From assembly GCF_009914755.1 (NCBI RefSeq), contig NC_060942.1: a stretch of 64,000 nucleotides of DNA. One strand, written 5' to 3'. The notes under the pieces are model-generated. The model saw only the letters and a list, made by a program, of their open reading frames with translations, searched no databases and had not been told where the DNA came from. Below, one piece after another: positions 1 through 17,554 of the stretch (position 1 is the first letter of the stretch; each line of letters opens with the position of its first letter). The position numbers and the translations under genes were made by a program. Source of the stretch: the human T2T-CHM13v2.0 reference genome, Homo sapiens.

Positions 1-66
1 AAGGATTTAAATCTAAGACCTGAAACTATAAAAATTCTGGAAGATAACATCAGAAAAACCCTTCTA

Positions 67-404
<338 letters not shown>

Positions 405-1102
405 TCATGACCAAGAACCCAAAAGCAAATGCAATAAAAACAAAAATAAATAGCTGGGACTTAATTAAACAAAGAGCTTTTGCACGGCAAAAGGAATAGT
501 CAGCAGAGTAAACAGGCAATCAACAGAGTGGGAGAAAATCTTCACAATCTATACATCTGCAAAGGACTAATATCCAGAATCTATAATGAACTCAAACAAA
601 TTAGGAAGAAAAAAACAAACAATCCCATCAAAAAGTGGGCTAAAGGACATGAACAGACAATTCTCAGAAGAAGATATACAAATGGCCAACAAACATATGA
701 AAAAATGCTTAACATCACTAATTATCAGGGAAATGCAAATCAAAACCACAATGCGATACCACAATGTGATACCACAATCCTGCAAGAATGGCCATAATAA
801 AAACAATTGAAAAATAATAGATGTTGGCATGGATGCGGTGAACAGGGAACGCTTCTACACTGCTGGTGGGAATGTAAACTATACAGCCACTGTGGAAAAC
901 AGTGTGGAGATTCCTTAAAGAACTAAAAGTGGAACTACCATTTGATCCAGCAATCCCACCACTGGGTATCTATCAGAGGAAAACAGTCATTATACGAAAA
1001 AGATACTTGCACACGCATGTTTATAGCAGCACAATTCACAATTGCAAAAATGTGGAACCAACCCAAATGCCCATCAATCAACAAGTGGATAAAGAAACTG
1101 TG

Positions 1103-1160
1103 ATATATACATATATATATACATACATATATAATATATATATACATATATATATATATA
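1103..1160. repeat. (TA)n-rich microsatellite within L1
   Basis: atatatacatatatatat... directly visible. Confidence 0.9.
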
Positions 1161-1403
1161 CAATGCAATACTACTCAACCATAAAAAAGGATGAATTAAT
1201 GGCATTTGCAGCAACCTGGATGAGACTGGAGACTATTATTCTAAGTGAAGTAACTCAGGAATGGAAAACCAAACATCATATGTTCTCACTCATAAGTGGG
1301 AGCTAAGCTATGAGGATGCAAAGGCATAAGAATAACACAATGGACTTTGGGGGATAAAGGGGAAGGGGTGGGAAGGGGATGAGGGATAAAATACTACAAA
1401 TTA

Positions 1404-1761
<358 letters not shown>

Positions 1762-2552
1762 TCATGTAACCAAACGGCACCTGTTTCCCAGTAACCTATG
1801 GAAATAAAAATTAAAAAAATAAATAAATAAAAGCTGCTGAAACCACTTAGCCTCCTTCACAGTGAAAATGGTGCTATGTTTTTCACGCCTATTTGCAAAC
1901 TTTGTGCCAAACTAAATGTTAACAAGAACTTTAAAGAAAAGTTTCACCTCCAAACCACAAACAGTGCTCTGAAAGTGCAAAAACAGCAAAAAGTCAAACA
2001 CAAACAAGCCTAAAGCTTTGTGAGGCCAGAAGAAACCACAGGTCATAGAAAAATACACTTTCCCTTTCACACTCTCAGTATCATACTCGGGGGCTGTCAT
2101 GAGAGCAAGGGTGTCTGGGCTTAATACAGTCACCTTGCAGCACCTAAGCCATGACACCTCAGCTATCTGCGTGTAGCACAAGGAGGACACCGAACAGGGA
2201 TGGAATGTGCACATCACTGAGAGCGTTTTTATGTTGACTTTCCTCTCTGTATCAGCACCAGAACGTCTTCCTGTTAGCTTCAGTGGTCTCTGTGTTGTCA
2301 AGGAAAATGACCCACAGTAACTGTCTACTCACCAGCTTTGCCTAAGTCACACTTATAAGGCTCTTGATGCACAACAGGCTTATTAGTTTCCAAGCAGGTA
2401 GCATTGATTGGTAAAGGAGGAAAAGACTCCCCATTTATGCTATCAATCAGCCTCTCTTACAGTAATCTTTTAGGCATTTCAACAGCAAAATAGGCAGGTG
2501 TTTACCAAAAAAGCCTTCATAAGCACATCAAAGTTCATATTTTAGCTGCTTA

Positions 2553-3005
<453 letters not shown>

Positions 3006-3942
3006 TCAAATGAAAAACAGTATGCCAGTAAGCTTAGTAAATAATTCGTGGAAAAAAAAATACATCTCTAGAAAATGATTTTTTTTAATTTTATTCATTA
3101 GATTGCACTGTTTATAACAGCAACAAATTGGATGCCTGCCAGTAGAAAACTGGTTAAAATACTGGCACATAGTAAATGCTCACTAAATGCTTACTGAATG
3201 AATACATGAATGATAACAGTTTCCATTACTTCCAAAGCTCCCTTGCTTCCCTCCTATTCTCTAGGCTCCTGTTGATTCTGTGAGCTCCAAAAGCTCTCCA
3301 GTAAATCTTGTCTCTGTTTATGATTGCAACCCAAAAAAGCTGATGGATACATAATATTAAATGTGGTAAAAAACCAAATTCACTTTATACCAATTCCATT
3401 CTACAAACAATATTATATTTCAGTTCAATATAATTATAAAGGTATAGTTTTAGAATTAGTTCCGTTGTTTCCTGATATACCAAATCCTACTTCAACCCTT
3501 AAGAGGTTTAAAAATAAAGTGAGGTCTCTTCACTTGACATATGTATCAGAATGGAACACTGGTAATTAGAAGACTTATCAGAGATCATAAGCTCCAATGG
3601 ACAGAGATGTCCCAGACAGTCACAAGGTGAAAAAAGGTACACCAGTGACAATTAGGAAGACGCACAGGTTGGTGGTAGGCATATTGATTTAGTCGCAAGT
3701 AGAATTGGCCAAGTAGGACAACGAAGAAGGATACTGAAGGATATTGAAAGGATACTGAAAAACAGGGTCAAGGAAAGCAGAAGGCGCTCTTTACTGGAGG
3801 ACTTAATACAAAATAGGTAGCAGGGAAACCCAAGATTATCCTATTCAAAATATGGGACCTGAAGGGCAGATCTAGTAGGGGAAAGCAGTTCTATGCTGTA
3901 ACTTACACTCCACAAGTACTGCCATCCAAATAGCCTGTATTT

Positions 3943-4415
<473 letters not shown>

Positions 4416-4749
4416 CTTTAAGATAAAAGAATGTATGAGTTGGCTTTCATTCATTTATGGTTTGAACAAATATATTTGCATTTGCCAAGATGTATTAGTC
4501 CCTTATTCTACCTTGATAAAACCATGATCCGGGTGCAATGAGGCATGAGAAACCTTGGCAGCAATTGCCTTCATGCTGTCCAGAGGCAGAAACATTGTTT
4601 CTAGGTGGGAGCTCCTGATTCCAAACCTCTCACCTGGAAGTGACCTTGAGTGGGTGATAAAATCTCCCTTCTCACCTCCATCTTTTACATTGAAAACACC
4701 CTTAATTTCAGTGAGAAATGGAATCAGTATAATGATGGATGAATCACAA

Positions 4750-4751
<2 letters not shown>

Positions 4752-4795
<44 letters not shown>
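4752..4795. repeat. (AC)22 microsatellite, abutting a short antisense Alu fragment (~4796-4858)
   Basis: Direct count. Confidence 0.95.
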
Positions 4796-4798
<3 letters not shown>

Positions 4799-6176
4799 AC
4801 CCTCTTGCCTCAGCCCCTCAAGTAGCTGGGATTACAGGCGCCTGCCACCACACCTGGCCTAAAAAAAACTAAGGTTTGTTTTTTAATTTCATTTCATTAG
4901 TACTGCAGATTACTCCATGAATATTGAGTTACTATTAACAAGTTCTGTAAGTTGACTGGAAAACATCTATCATAAGACAGGGCAGCCACTAATGGGCAGA
5001 AACAGGAGCCATGCAGAAGAATCCATTACGTTGTCCTCCAGCGTCACTGAGAAAAATGCCTGTATGATAATTCATTGTGAAGGGCTGGACTCTACAGGAC
5101 TTTATAAATACCAATGTCAGCGTATCCATTCATCACATAGAGTGGCTAATATATATTTTTCATGCAACTTTCTAAGAATTAAAATGTATTCATATAGAAA
5201 AATATCTGTCATTTATTTTTGTTGGATTCTAATTTATAATCATGAAAATCAATAATCTAATTTGAATTTACTTGCTCTTCTTACCATCATCTAAATCATT
5301 ATTAAATGAAGCCAAGTGATATGCTTCTCTTCATCTCTAAGTGGAAATGCACATTCAATTTATTTTAAAACATTTTGCAAAGCAACATCACTTTCGGAAA
5401 ACACTTAATAATTGCCTGGCAAATTATTCTCTACGGCCTAGTGCTATTCTTGTTGAATTCAAGAGCTCGATGCAGGAAAACCTCGGGGGACTGAATAAAG
5501 AGCATCCTCCTGTTCTAAAGACGGGCCAAAGGGAAAGAAGCCCAGATTCCACAATCTTTCTCCCAAAACTTGAACGTTCAATTAGCTAAGTTTAGCTGCC
5601 CTGGCCCTTCTTGTGCTAAGCTTGGTTTGTTCCCATCTCTCTGTTGCACTCAGGAGCTGAAGGTGCCCTTTTCCATGCAGCATAGACATAGTTGTGGAGG
5701 CACGGGGGAGACAGGGCACCCTGCTACGGGAGGGTCTGAGGACACAGTGCTGCCTGCAAATCCTGTGCTCAGCATGGCTCTTCCTAGTTCAGCACAGGAA
5801 CTGCTTGCCCTTCTTCTGTGTCCCCAAACCTAGAGGAGATATTCAAAATATGTAAGGGCCAGGACAGTGAGGGCACTGATGAATCAGAAGAGATGCCCAC
5901 CAGTAAGCTGAACCGGGACTTCCCAGCTAATGGTCAGCCCTGTTCAGACCCCTAAGCCCTAACCTGCCTCCTCAGCTCTCCATCCACCCCAGCCCCTTGA
6001 GAGTGTTTCTAGATACCAAAGAGTAGCCAAATGTGTCAGGAGACATGGCCTAGGGCAAGACATGCGGGAGCAGCATTCTGGTCTGGACAAATGACAGGGG
6101 AGGATGAGCCTCAAAGGAGGAAGGTAGGAGAGAGAGAGAAGTGCCAAAGAAATTAGAATTAAAAAGAGACAGGCTG

Positions 6177-6919
<743 letters not shown>

Positions 6920-7705
6920 TTAAAGGGTCTGCTGTTTTGCATGTTTGCTCCTGGGGCATGGTCCTCAGAACAGGCAGGAGTGCACAAGACAGGGTAAAGC
7001 CCCTCAGAGTGCCAAAGGGTGTGTTCATATGCCTGACAATATGCTCTTCTGGCAGGGAGATTGGCAGCTGCATATGCCTGGGAGGATTTGGGGAACCCAG
7101 GGACCTGCATGTCCAGCTAGAAATGCCACACTTCTTCCTCCCCTGTGTAGCCTTCTCGGGGTGGACATGTTTCTGTGTCCGCCGCCGTTAGAGAAACCTT
7201 ATGCCATTTCACTGTTTGTGTTTTGTGAATCGCTGTCTATTGTGGCAGCAGCACACATACACATTTGCAGACAGATTCCAGAACAAGAGTGGTAATTGAC
7301 CGTCCACAAAAGCACTTGGCTCCCAGGTTATAAGCCACATTTTCTATATTATTTATCTTTCTTCCAAGACAGAACTCCCGTGAGGAAAAGGCTGACTCAC
7401 AACCATTTCTCCAGTCACCTCCCTTGAAGAACATTAGGGTAGGAAGCTTCCTGGTGAAAGGACCTTTGTTCACCTGGATGCAGTCTTTGGCTCTGTCTCC
7501 CCTAGACATTCCTAGGAAAAGGGGAGCACATCTAAGGAAAACAAAGCTGCAGTTTGGCTCATCAGTGGGACTTACCCTTGGAAGGTGATACCTAGCTGAA
7601 AGGCAACCTGGAGGTGATTTTTGTTCAGCAGTCAGCTGTGTATAATGGCAACTATTGAATAATGAGGCCTACGGCTAGTTGATTGATTAAAATGGAGCGT
7701 GGTGT

Positions 7706-8095
7706 AGTGCCTGGCCACTCAAAATACGATCCATGGATCAGTATCAGCACTACCTGAAGCTTATCAGAAAAAGAAGCACTTGGTCCCATCCAAGACCTAT
7801 GTGTGAGAATCTGCATTTTAACAAGACCCCCAGGTGAGCTGTAGAAGTGAGCTGCAGTTTGAGAAGCCCTGGTGTGGTGTGCAAAGGTGCTGGACTTGGA
7901 GTTGGAAGATCTGGTTCCTTGTGCCAGCTCTGAGCCTTACTAACCACGTGACCTCTGAGCCTCAGCTTCTTTATCTGCAAAATGGAGATGATCCTAATAA
8001 TCTCTTCCAATATTTCCTTACACGGTTGTTATAAGTCAGCCTAAAATAAATATATGAAAGCATTCTGTAAATGTACATCACTCTGATTAAAGCAC
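7706..8095. mobile_element. MER5A-like DNA transposon relic followed by a MIR
   Basis: gaatctgcattttaacaaga...tttgagaagccctg (MER5A); tgacctctgagcctcagcttctttatctgcaaaatggag (MIR core). Confidence 0.75.
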
Positions 8096-8410
8096 TACGA
8101 TAATAAGGCCACGTACGTTTAGTGTGGATTTGATTCCTGTGTTGATGTTACCTAAAGCTGTATGTTGCTGCAGGCCTAGACAGTTGCTTGCAGACATGAG
8201 CCTTGATTCTCAGAGAATCCAAGTATGAGAGTGAACTGATTTAGGATTGCTGAATATGTGACATGTCTCATGCCAATTTCAGCCTCGAAGTTTTGCATTT
8301 AGGATATCTGCGATGCCAGACTCCGTGCTACTGCCAGCCCATGCTGCCTGCACTGTTTCTGTCCTCCATTCCTTTCTTTAACTTGAAGCACAAGGCATTA
8401 AAAAGACAAA

Positions 8411-8762
<352 letters not shown>

Positions 8763-9225
8763 CTAAAGCATTATAATAACCCCCACACTCCTAGTCTTTT
8801 ATCTATGGCAAATATTGGTGACCTGAAAATTTTGCCTAAAATGGAAGATATTATACGTAACTATGAGAAATTTTAAGTTGAAACCTGATACTGTCCTGCA
8901 AATATCATAATCTGTGCATGTAGTGACATCATAGACATCTGCTTATGATTACTTAATTATTAAAACACTCTTTCTAGAGCCTGATTATCAACTCCATCTT
9001 AGGGATGAGAAAATGGAGGTATGAAGCCATTTTAAGTGACTTGCCTGGGGTCACATGGTAGGCAAGTGTTGGAGCCAAGCCAAAGCCACGTGATTTGATT
9101 CCCAACCCCGCATACTGGACCCCAGTTTTGTCCTTCCAGGAAAAGAAGGAAATAAGCACTAGGCCAATGGTCTCAACCTTGGCTACATGCTGGAGTCATC
9201 TGCGGGGCTTTGAAAACTACTGACG

Positions 9226-11040
9226 TCACATAGACTGGGAAAAAATATTCACAGCTCATTTATCTGACAAATGTCTTGTATATGGAATATATAAAGAATT
9301 CCCACACATCAACTAAAAAAAGAGAAACAACACAGTGTTTAAAAATGGGCAAAAGACTTGAATACATGTTTCACAAAACATGATATACGAATAGCCAATA
9401 AGCAAATGAAAAGATGCTCAACATAATTTGTAATCAAAGGACTGAAAATAAAACGACAATGAGACATCCTTTCACACTCACTAGGAGGGCTAACATCAAA
9501 AAGATGATCACACCAATGTTGGCAAAGACGTAGGGTGACTGAAGCTCTTGCACATGGCTGCGGGGAGTTTAAAATAGGACAGCCATGTGGGAGAACTAGA
9601 GCAAATCTTTATAACAACATTAATCTTCAACCTAGAAATTCCTTCCTACGTACTTAATGGGGAGAGAAATGAATAGGTTCCCAAAAGAAACTTCTCTAAG
9701 AATGCTCATACAACATTGTTCCAGTTTATCCAGTGTGACTAGAAAAATCCCCCCACGTTGGTGAAATACAACCAGCATTTTTCACGCCCATCGATTCCGC
9801 CCGTGGTCAGGAAATAAGAAGGGGCATAGCAGAGCAGCTCTTGTCTGCCCCACGATTGCCAATGTTGGGCACAGCTTGTCCTCAATGGCCCTCCCACTCA
9901 CACGCCAGCCCTGGGGCTGGGCAGCTGAAGACTGGGCCCAGCCAGGACTTCCATTTGGGGTGTCTGCAGTGGCCTCCAAGCATGGCGGGCTCAGGGCCCT
10001 AAAGCCAGTGTTCCCAGAGAACTCCCAGTTCTGGGAAGCTGCCTGGCCTTTTTATTTGCATGGCCTTTTGTAACACAGCCTCAGAAGTAACATAGGGTCT
10101 GAAGTAGTCTACTCAGGCTGTCATAATAAAATACCACAGATGGGTGGCTTAAACAACAAATATTTATTTTTTTCTCACAGTTTTGGAGGCTGGAAGTCCG
10201 AGATCAAGGTGCCAGCAGGGTCAGGTCCTAGCTTGTGAACAGCCACTTTCTTGCTGTGTGCTCCCAGTTCCTTCCCTCTGCACCTGTGCAGGGAGGGAGA
10301 GAGACTGAGCTCTGGTGTCTCCTCTTCTTCTTACGAGGACACGCCAGGCTTCTTGAATCAGGGCCCCACCCTTATGACCTCATTTAATTGTAATTGCCTC
10401 CCTAAAAGTCCTACCTGCAAATATAGCCACACCAGGGATTAGGACTTTGACATGGGAATTTTGAGGGACACTTCAATCTTTTACTAGTCTCCATTAGTTG
10501 AAGCAATCGCAAACCTGCCTGGCTCCAGTGGGAGGGGCTACAGAAACCATTTCTGATGAGAGTGTCAAAGTCTGTGGCCCTGCTTCAAAACCTCAGCCTC
10601 ATTCATTATAACCCCAAACTGTAAACAATTCAAAAATCCATCACCATCAAAATAGATAAATACATCACGATATATTCATGTAACCAAATGTTACTCAGCA
10701 ATAAAAAGGAACATACAACCACATGGGTGAATCTCAAAAACATTTTTTTGAGCAAAAGGAGCCAGACCCACCAAAAAAACAAGCCATGTGATTCCATTTA
10801 TATGAGGTCTAAGAAGAGATAAAACTCATCTATTGTGATGGAAGTCTGAAAGTGGTTGCCTCTTGGGGTTGGAGTTCATTGCAAGGGGCATTATAGAAAT
10901 AACCTTCCGTTGTGATGGGGATGCTCTGTATCTCGTTTCAGTGGTGGTTACAGGGGTGTCTACAACTGTCAAGTGTCTTTGAAGTAAACATCTAATAATA
11001 TGTACATTTCGGTGTCATGTGGATTATTTCTCTATTTACA
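9226..11040 (+). mobile_element. Old L1M fragment interrupted by nested MLT1 (MaLR) LTRs at ~9714-10600
   Basis: L1 ORF2/3'UTR-like sequence at 9226-9713 and 10600-11040; MLT1 motifs (aaataccacagatgggtggcttaaacaac, ggccccacccttatgacctcatttaa). Confidence 0.7.
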
Positions 11041-11228
11041 AAAGTAATAATGATGACAATGCTGGGTCCTGCTCCCAGAGATTCTCATTCAGTTAATCTG
11101 GGGCAGATCCTGGGCAAGAGGATCTTCAAAAGTTTTCCACAGGATTCCAAGGGAAAGTAAAGCTGAAGACCACTGTGCCAGGCCAGCACAGTTCTCAGGG
11201 GGAGGGGAGACCAACAGAGCATCCGTCA

Positions 11229-12131
11229 TGAGAATCAATGGCTTGCTGTGTAACAGATGGCCACGCACTTCGCTTAAAACAACTCAAATTTGTTCTTACA
11301 GTTCTAGAGATCAGAAGTTTAAAATTAGTCTTAAGGAGGCCCCTGGAGAATATCCATTCTGCTTTAGTCTATTTGGGCTACTATAACAAAATACCACAAA
11401 TTGGGTGGCTTCTAAACAACAGAAATGTATTTCTCATAGTGTGGAGGCTGGGAAGTCCAAGATCAAGATGGATTTGGTGTCTGGTAAGGGCTCATCTTCT
11501 CACTGGAAGGGGCAAGCTAGCTCTTTTGGTGGATCTCTTTTACAGGGATGCCAATTTCAATCATGAGGGTCCACCGTCAAAACCTAATCACCTCCCCAAG
11601 ACCCCACCTCCCAATATCATCACCTTGGGGGTTAGAATGAAACACATGAATTTGGGGAGACACAAACATTCAGACCATAGCACCTGCCCTGCCCCTTCCA
11701 GCTTCCAGGGCTGTCTATTTGCTCTGGAAAGAGCGACTCTATCTTCCAAGCAACTGCCCTTTGTTGTAAGCAGTGTAAGCAAACTGCCCTTTGCTTTGGA
11801 GAAAGACACTATTGTTTGTCTTCCAAGGCTGTTCATTTCACCAACATTCTTGAAAAGGTAACCCAGAACAAAGGGAAGCCAGTGTCCCACTGCAAGACAT
11901 GGCCGCATCACTCCAATCACATCACCTCCTCTGACACTGACCCTCCTGCAACCCCCTTACAAGGACTGTTCCGTCACACTGAGCCCACCCAAATAAGCCA
12001 CGACCATCTCCCCATCTCAAGGCTCTTAACTTGCTCACATTTGCAGAGGTCCTTTACCATGTAAAGTAACCTATTCACAGGTCCTGGGGATTGGGACATG
12101 GACATACTTGAGGGGCCATTATTCAGCCACC
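11229..12131 (-). mobile_element. Nested MaLR LTRs (MLT1-type with an internal MLT1A/MST-like LTR at ~11363-11681), also interrupted by a 162-bp non-LTR insert
   Basis: MLT1 motifs ctataacaaaataccacaaattgggtggc and ccatgtaaagtaacctattcacaggtcctggggatt. Confidence 0.7.
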
Positions 12132-14323
12132 ATACTGTGATGCTCAAAATGAACTTGGTTGAGATGTCAGAGCGAGGACTAAATCTCCACCTAGAATATT
12201 GGAACCCAAAGGGCTCAGGAAGTTTCCAGCGCCATCTCAAACTATTTCTTAAGAGTGACCTACAAAAAAATTTCCATGTCTCCCTAGACTATAGCATTAC
12301 ACATCAGCTGTCCCAAATAAACGGGCCCTGGGGTAGTGGTCGCATTAACCGAAAACTATTTTCTTTCCCAGGTCCCAGGACAACAAGCCCCATTACAACA
12401 TAAGAACTTGGGAACAGTAACTGCCCTTTGTGACAAGGGGAAGAGGACATGCAAACGTTAGTTACAATAGCAGTGAGGAGTACTGGTGGCGGCATGCATT
12501 CCTATTTCTCCCTTTACAGAAAGATTGAAGTGGATCCCAGCTGATTCTTACAAGTATGTTGGTAGGACTGATCGTGAAGCATTCTCTCTTCTTCTCTTTC
12601 TCTCTCCAAATATTTATAAGAACTTACTGTGTACCAGGCAAATAATGCTTGGGAAGACCCTGTGCTTCCTTCCCTACTCTCTCATTCTTCCAGTGTCTTC
12701 CAGAGGCAATTCCTGCAGTTCTTGCAGTGGTTGCCAGTTTCCTTGCTTATGGACTGCCAATTGCTCTCCTCTGCTTACAGGATGAAGTTCAGGGCCTCCA
12801 GTCTGGCACCTGGGGTCCCGTCTTGTCTGTGCAGTGTTCTCCCCCAGGACTCACAAAATGACTCTCACACCCCAGCAAAGTCCATCTAAATAGGAACACC
12901 TAGCCATTTTTTATTGTGTTGCTTAAATACTAAATTCTTGACATAAGGCATCATAAAGTTTCCTTCCTGCAGGTTATAGTGGAGGACGCTGAAGCTGCTG
13001 GACCCCAAGGTTGCTGCCATTGCCACCACGATGCACAACGGCCTGAGAACTTCTCTGGCCCAAGGGCTGCTTCCTGATGCCCAGCCGTGTCTGACTCTGC
13101 CTGGCTACAACGACTTCTTCTTGCCCAAACTCCAGAGACCCATCTGTTCTGTTACTTACCCGTCACCTAGGAATGGTTTGATCCCAGTCACCTGACAAAC
13201 TTCTGGAAACTCAAATGCATCGCACTAGGAGAAGGTTGGATCCCTGAAACCCATCCGTGAAGGCCTGAGTAGTCCCAGGATCTCAGCTAAGAAACTACTG
13301 GACTAGGCCATCTCTGAGGTCCTTTCCTCCAGTGAAAGTCTGTAATTCTGTAATTTTACTCCAATTGTGTCCTTTCAATACATAATACAAATTATGGTGG
13401 GAAGAAAAGATCCCAGGGAAGTCAGCGAGGAAGACCCTCCCTTCCCTTATTCCAAGCCACTGCAGGCATCCCTGGCCTGCAACATATACTCTTCTTGGCA
13501 AGGCAATCCAAAATGCTCTCTGACCCCTTCACAGGAAAGAGATTGAGCCCTTCATCCCTGCCCCAACTGTTGCTGCTTGGACACTAAGAGAGAGGCTAGA
13601 ATAGCAAGGGTTTCCCTCAACAGCAGGACTGTTGACCTAAGGTAGAAAGGTGGCTCTCCTGGGTTCCTGCCACCTGGCTCTGCCCTTCTCAGCACTGCTA
13701 CTGCCTCTGCAAGAGCCTTCTCTCGCCTTCGACCTCAGTCAGAAAGGAAAACATGCACTCGGGGCTTCTTTTGGTTTAGATAGGCTCTCCCCTCCAGAGC
13801 ACAGGAGTGAGGAGCAAAGGATGTCTGCATGACATTTTCTCCAGTGCTTGCTACGGGGAGACAAGAAGAACACCACTGCCCAAAAGTTCCAGAGGGGAAT
13901 GCCACTCAAGGCCATGGGCCCCAGGCAGCCCGTTACTATGCAGATGGCAGCCTCCTGGTGCAGAGGACTGATGTGAATCCTCAGAAAGCCTAGAGGTGCC
14001 ATTCTGCAGCCACCTTCTCCATTCTAGCAGCACATTTTTCTCCCCACCACACCTCCCAGAGGAAGAGGACCCTCCTCATCCTCTATACTCCTGTTGCCAG
14101 ATGAGTCTCCCTGGGTGTTTCACATTTTTGCATGCCTTGCAGTCTTTGCATGTCTGCCTTCCCTTTGTTCTGGGTTACCTTTTCAACAATGTTGGTGAAA
14201 TGAACAGCCTTGGAAGACAAACAATAGTGTCTTTCTCCAAAGCAATGGGCAGTTTGCTTACACTGCTTACAACAAAGGGCAGTTGCTTGGAAGATAGAAA
14301 GAGCAGCTCTTTCCAGAGCAAAT
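11717..14323. repeat. Dispersed inverted repeat: 11717-11878 vs 14158-14323 (~95% identical)
   Basis: Manual alignment gives about 4 substitutions and one 4-nt indel; the same peptide LPFVLGYLF.NVGEMNSLGRQTIVSFSKA appears in ORFs on opposite strands. Confidence 0.95.
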
Positions 14324-14499
14324 GGGTAGGCAGGCTTACTGCCCATTGTCAAACATTCAGGGTCCCCAAGCTCAGAGATTGTCATGAATTGCAAGCCACT
14401 GCTTGTGCAGGTGTCATCCGGCCCCACATGCTAGGACTTAGGGCAAGGAAATGTGGGTACTATGGCTATAGTGATTGTTGTAAATAATAACACGGCTTC

Positions 14500-15225
<726 letters not shown>

Positions 15226-15961
15226 TGACGATAAGCTGCCTGCCCTGTGACAGACCACTGAAAAATTCAGCTGTGGCTGACACCTAGGAATTTGCAGTTA
15301 CAGGACGTTTCCAAGTTCCATATGCGATGTCATAGTGCCGCCTGCTGGCTCCTGTCTCACAGGAATGCTACACATGCAGACGGTGGGTCTGACCCCGCAG
15401 CTCACACACAGTTCACGGATGAACCTGAGGAAAGTAGGAATGAAGCTCACAAATGTCATGTAGAACAAAAGGAGCTGGGTAGGAAAAGTATAGATTGTGT
15501 AATTTCATGTACAGGAAGCACAAAACAAGTGAAACTTCACAAAACAAGTGAAACTAACTGTACCAGTCAAGGTTTCGCAGAGAACTAATGGGAGATCTAT
15601 GGATATATTTTAAAGGAATTTATTTAAGGGAATTGGCTCATGTGATTGTGGGGCCTGGCTGGTCTATAATCTGTAGGGCAGGTCAGCAAACCAGAAAAAG
15701 TCTGGTAGGATTTCTGTGTTACAGACTTGAGGCAGAATTCCTTCTTTTTCCCTGCTCTCTTGAGAGTCTTTGCTCTCAAGTCCTTCAACTGAATGGGTGA
15801 GGCTCACTCTCATTATTGAGGGTAATCTCCTTAAAGTCAATGGATTGTAGATATTAATCATACCTACAAAATATCTTCACAGCAACTTCTAGACCTAGTG
15901 TTTGAGCAAACAACTGGGCACCATAGCTTAACCACAGTGACACATAAAATTAACTACTGCA

Positions 15962-16263
<302 letters not shown>

Positions 16264-17230
16264 TTAACTACTGCAGTCAACTGTTTGTCAACGTGGCACC
16301 TCTACATATCTCCTTAAACTATACTTAATCTCCAGATAACAGCAAAATCATACTTGCACCTCACCTGATTCAACTATCTTGGGTAAAACCAGAGACACAC
16401 TAAACCTTCCCCAGAAGAGGACGTAGGGTTCTTGGGTCATGTTTACTCTTCTCTTTGGTATCCTGTAACTGAAATATTAAGATATGTCTTATGTAATATA
16501 AGGGAATAAGAGAGAGAAGAAGACAAATATATTTTCTAAACACACACACACACAACACATTTGTAACCAAATAAGGAAGAAATACTCGTAACAATTACAG
16601 TCCCCATTTTTGTAACTGGCCATGTGGTTTAGCTGGTATTTATAACCATCTGCTTCCACTACCCATTCCAGATTCCCTTTGCCCTCAGCAAGCACCTCAG
16701 CTGGTCATGGTTTGTCACCTGGTGGGGTGACCCAAACCTTCCTTCCTGAAGAGTTTGGACCATTTAGTAGTATGGCCTGAATTAGGTTGTTATAGTTTTC
16801 CATTGATCTGAATCACAGTGCAGAGTAACATTGAGATCTCCTGTACTCCAGATGCACTCTTACTTACCTCCGTCGGGGAGTAGCAGCCCAATTTTCCCTT
16901 GGTAGCCAGGACCAATCACCCCAGAAAACACAGCAGCTCCCTTCTTAGCCTGTTGACTCAGAAGCATGAGGAGCCCCAAGTGGCTGGGTGGCACGTTAAC
17001 TGAGAGTTTGGTGGAATCACTGTTGTGTTTCCTGGTGGAAGCACTCTTCCCTTTGGAACTAAGACTTTTAGATCAGCAGAGCATTAGGTTACAGAACAGG
17101 AAGAAAACATTTTGCTAGTGGGTCAGTATAGGGGTAATAGTGAATGGTGCCAACTCCATTTCCATCCCTTGATTCCTGGACTTATGTATCATGGCTATTG
17201 GCGAAGCAGCACCCTATATTGGATGCTAAC

Positions 17231-17554
<324 letters not shown>

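Noticed and set aside
1912-2301. 129-aa minus-strand ORF in non-repetitive-looking DNA
   Set aside because: No recognisable homology or convincing splice sites; a non-coding exon cannot be excluded
11238-11861. 207-aa ATG-initiated ORF
   Set aside because: Runs through nested MLT1 LTRs and the duplicated insert; chance open frame
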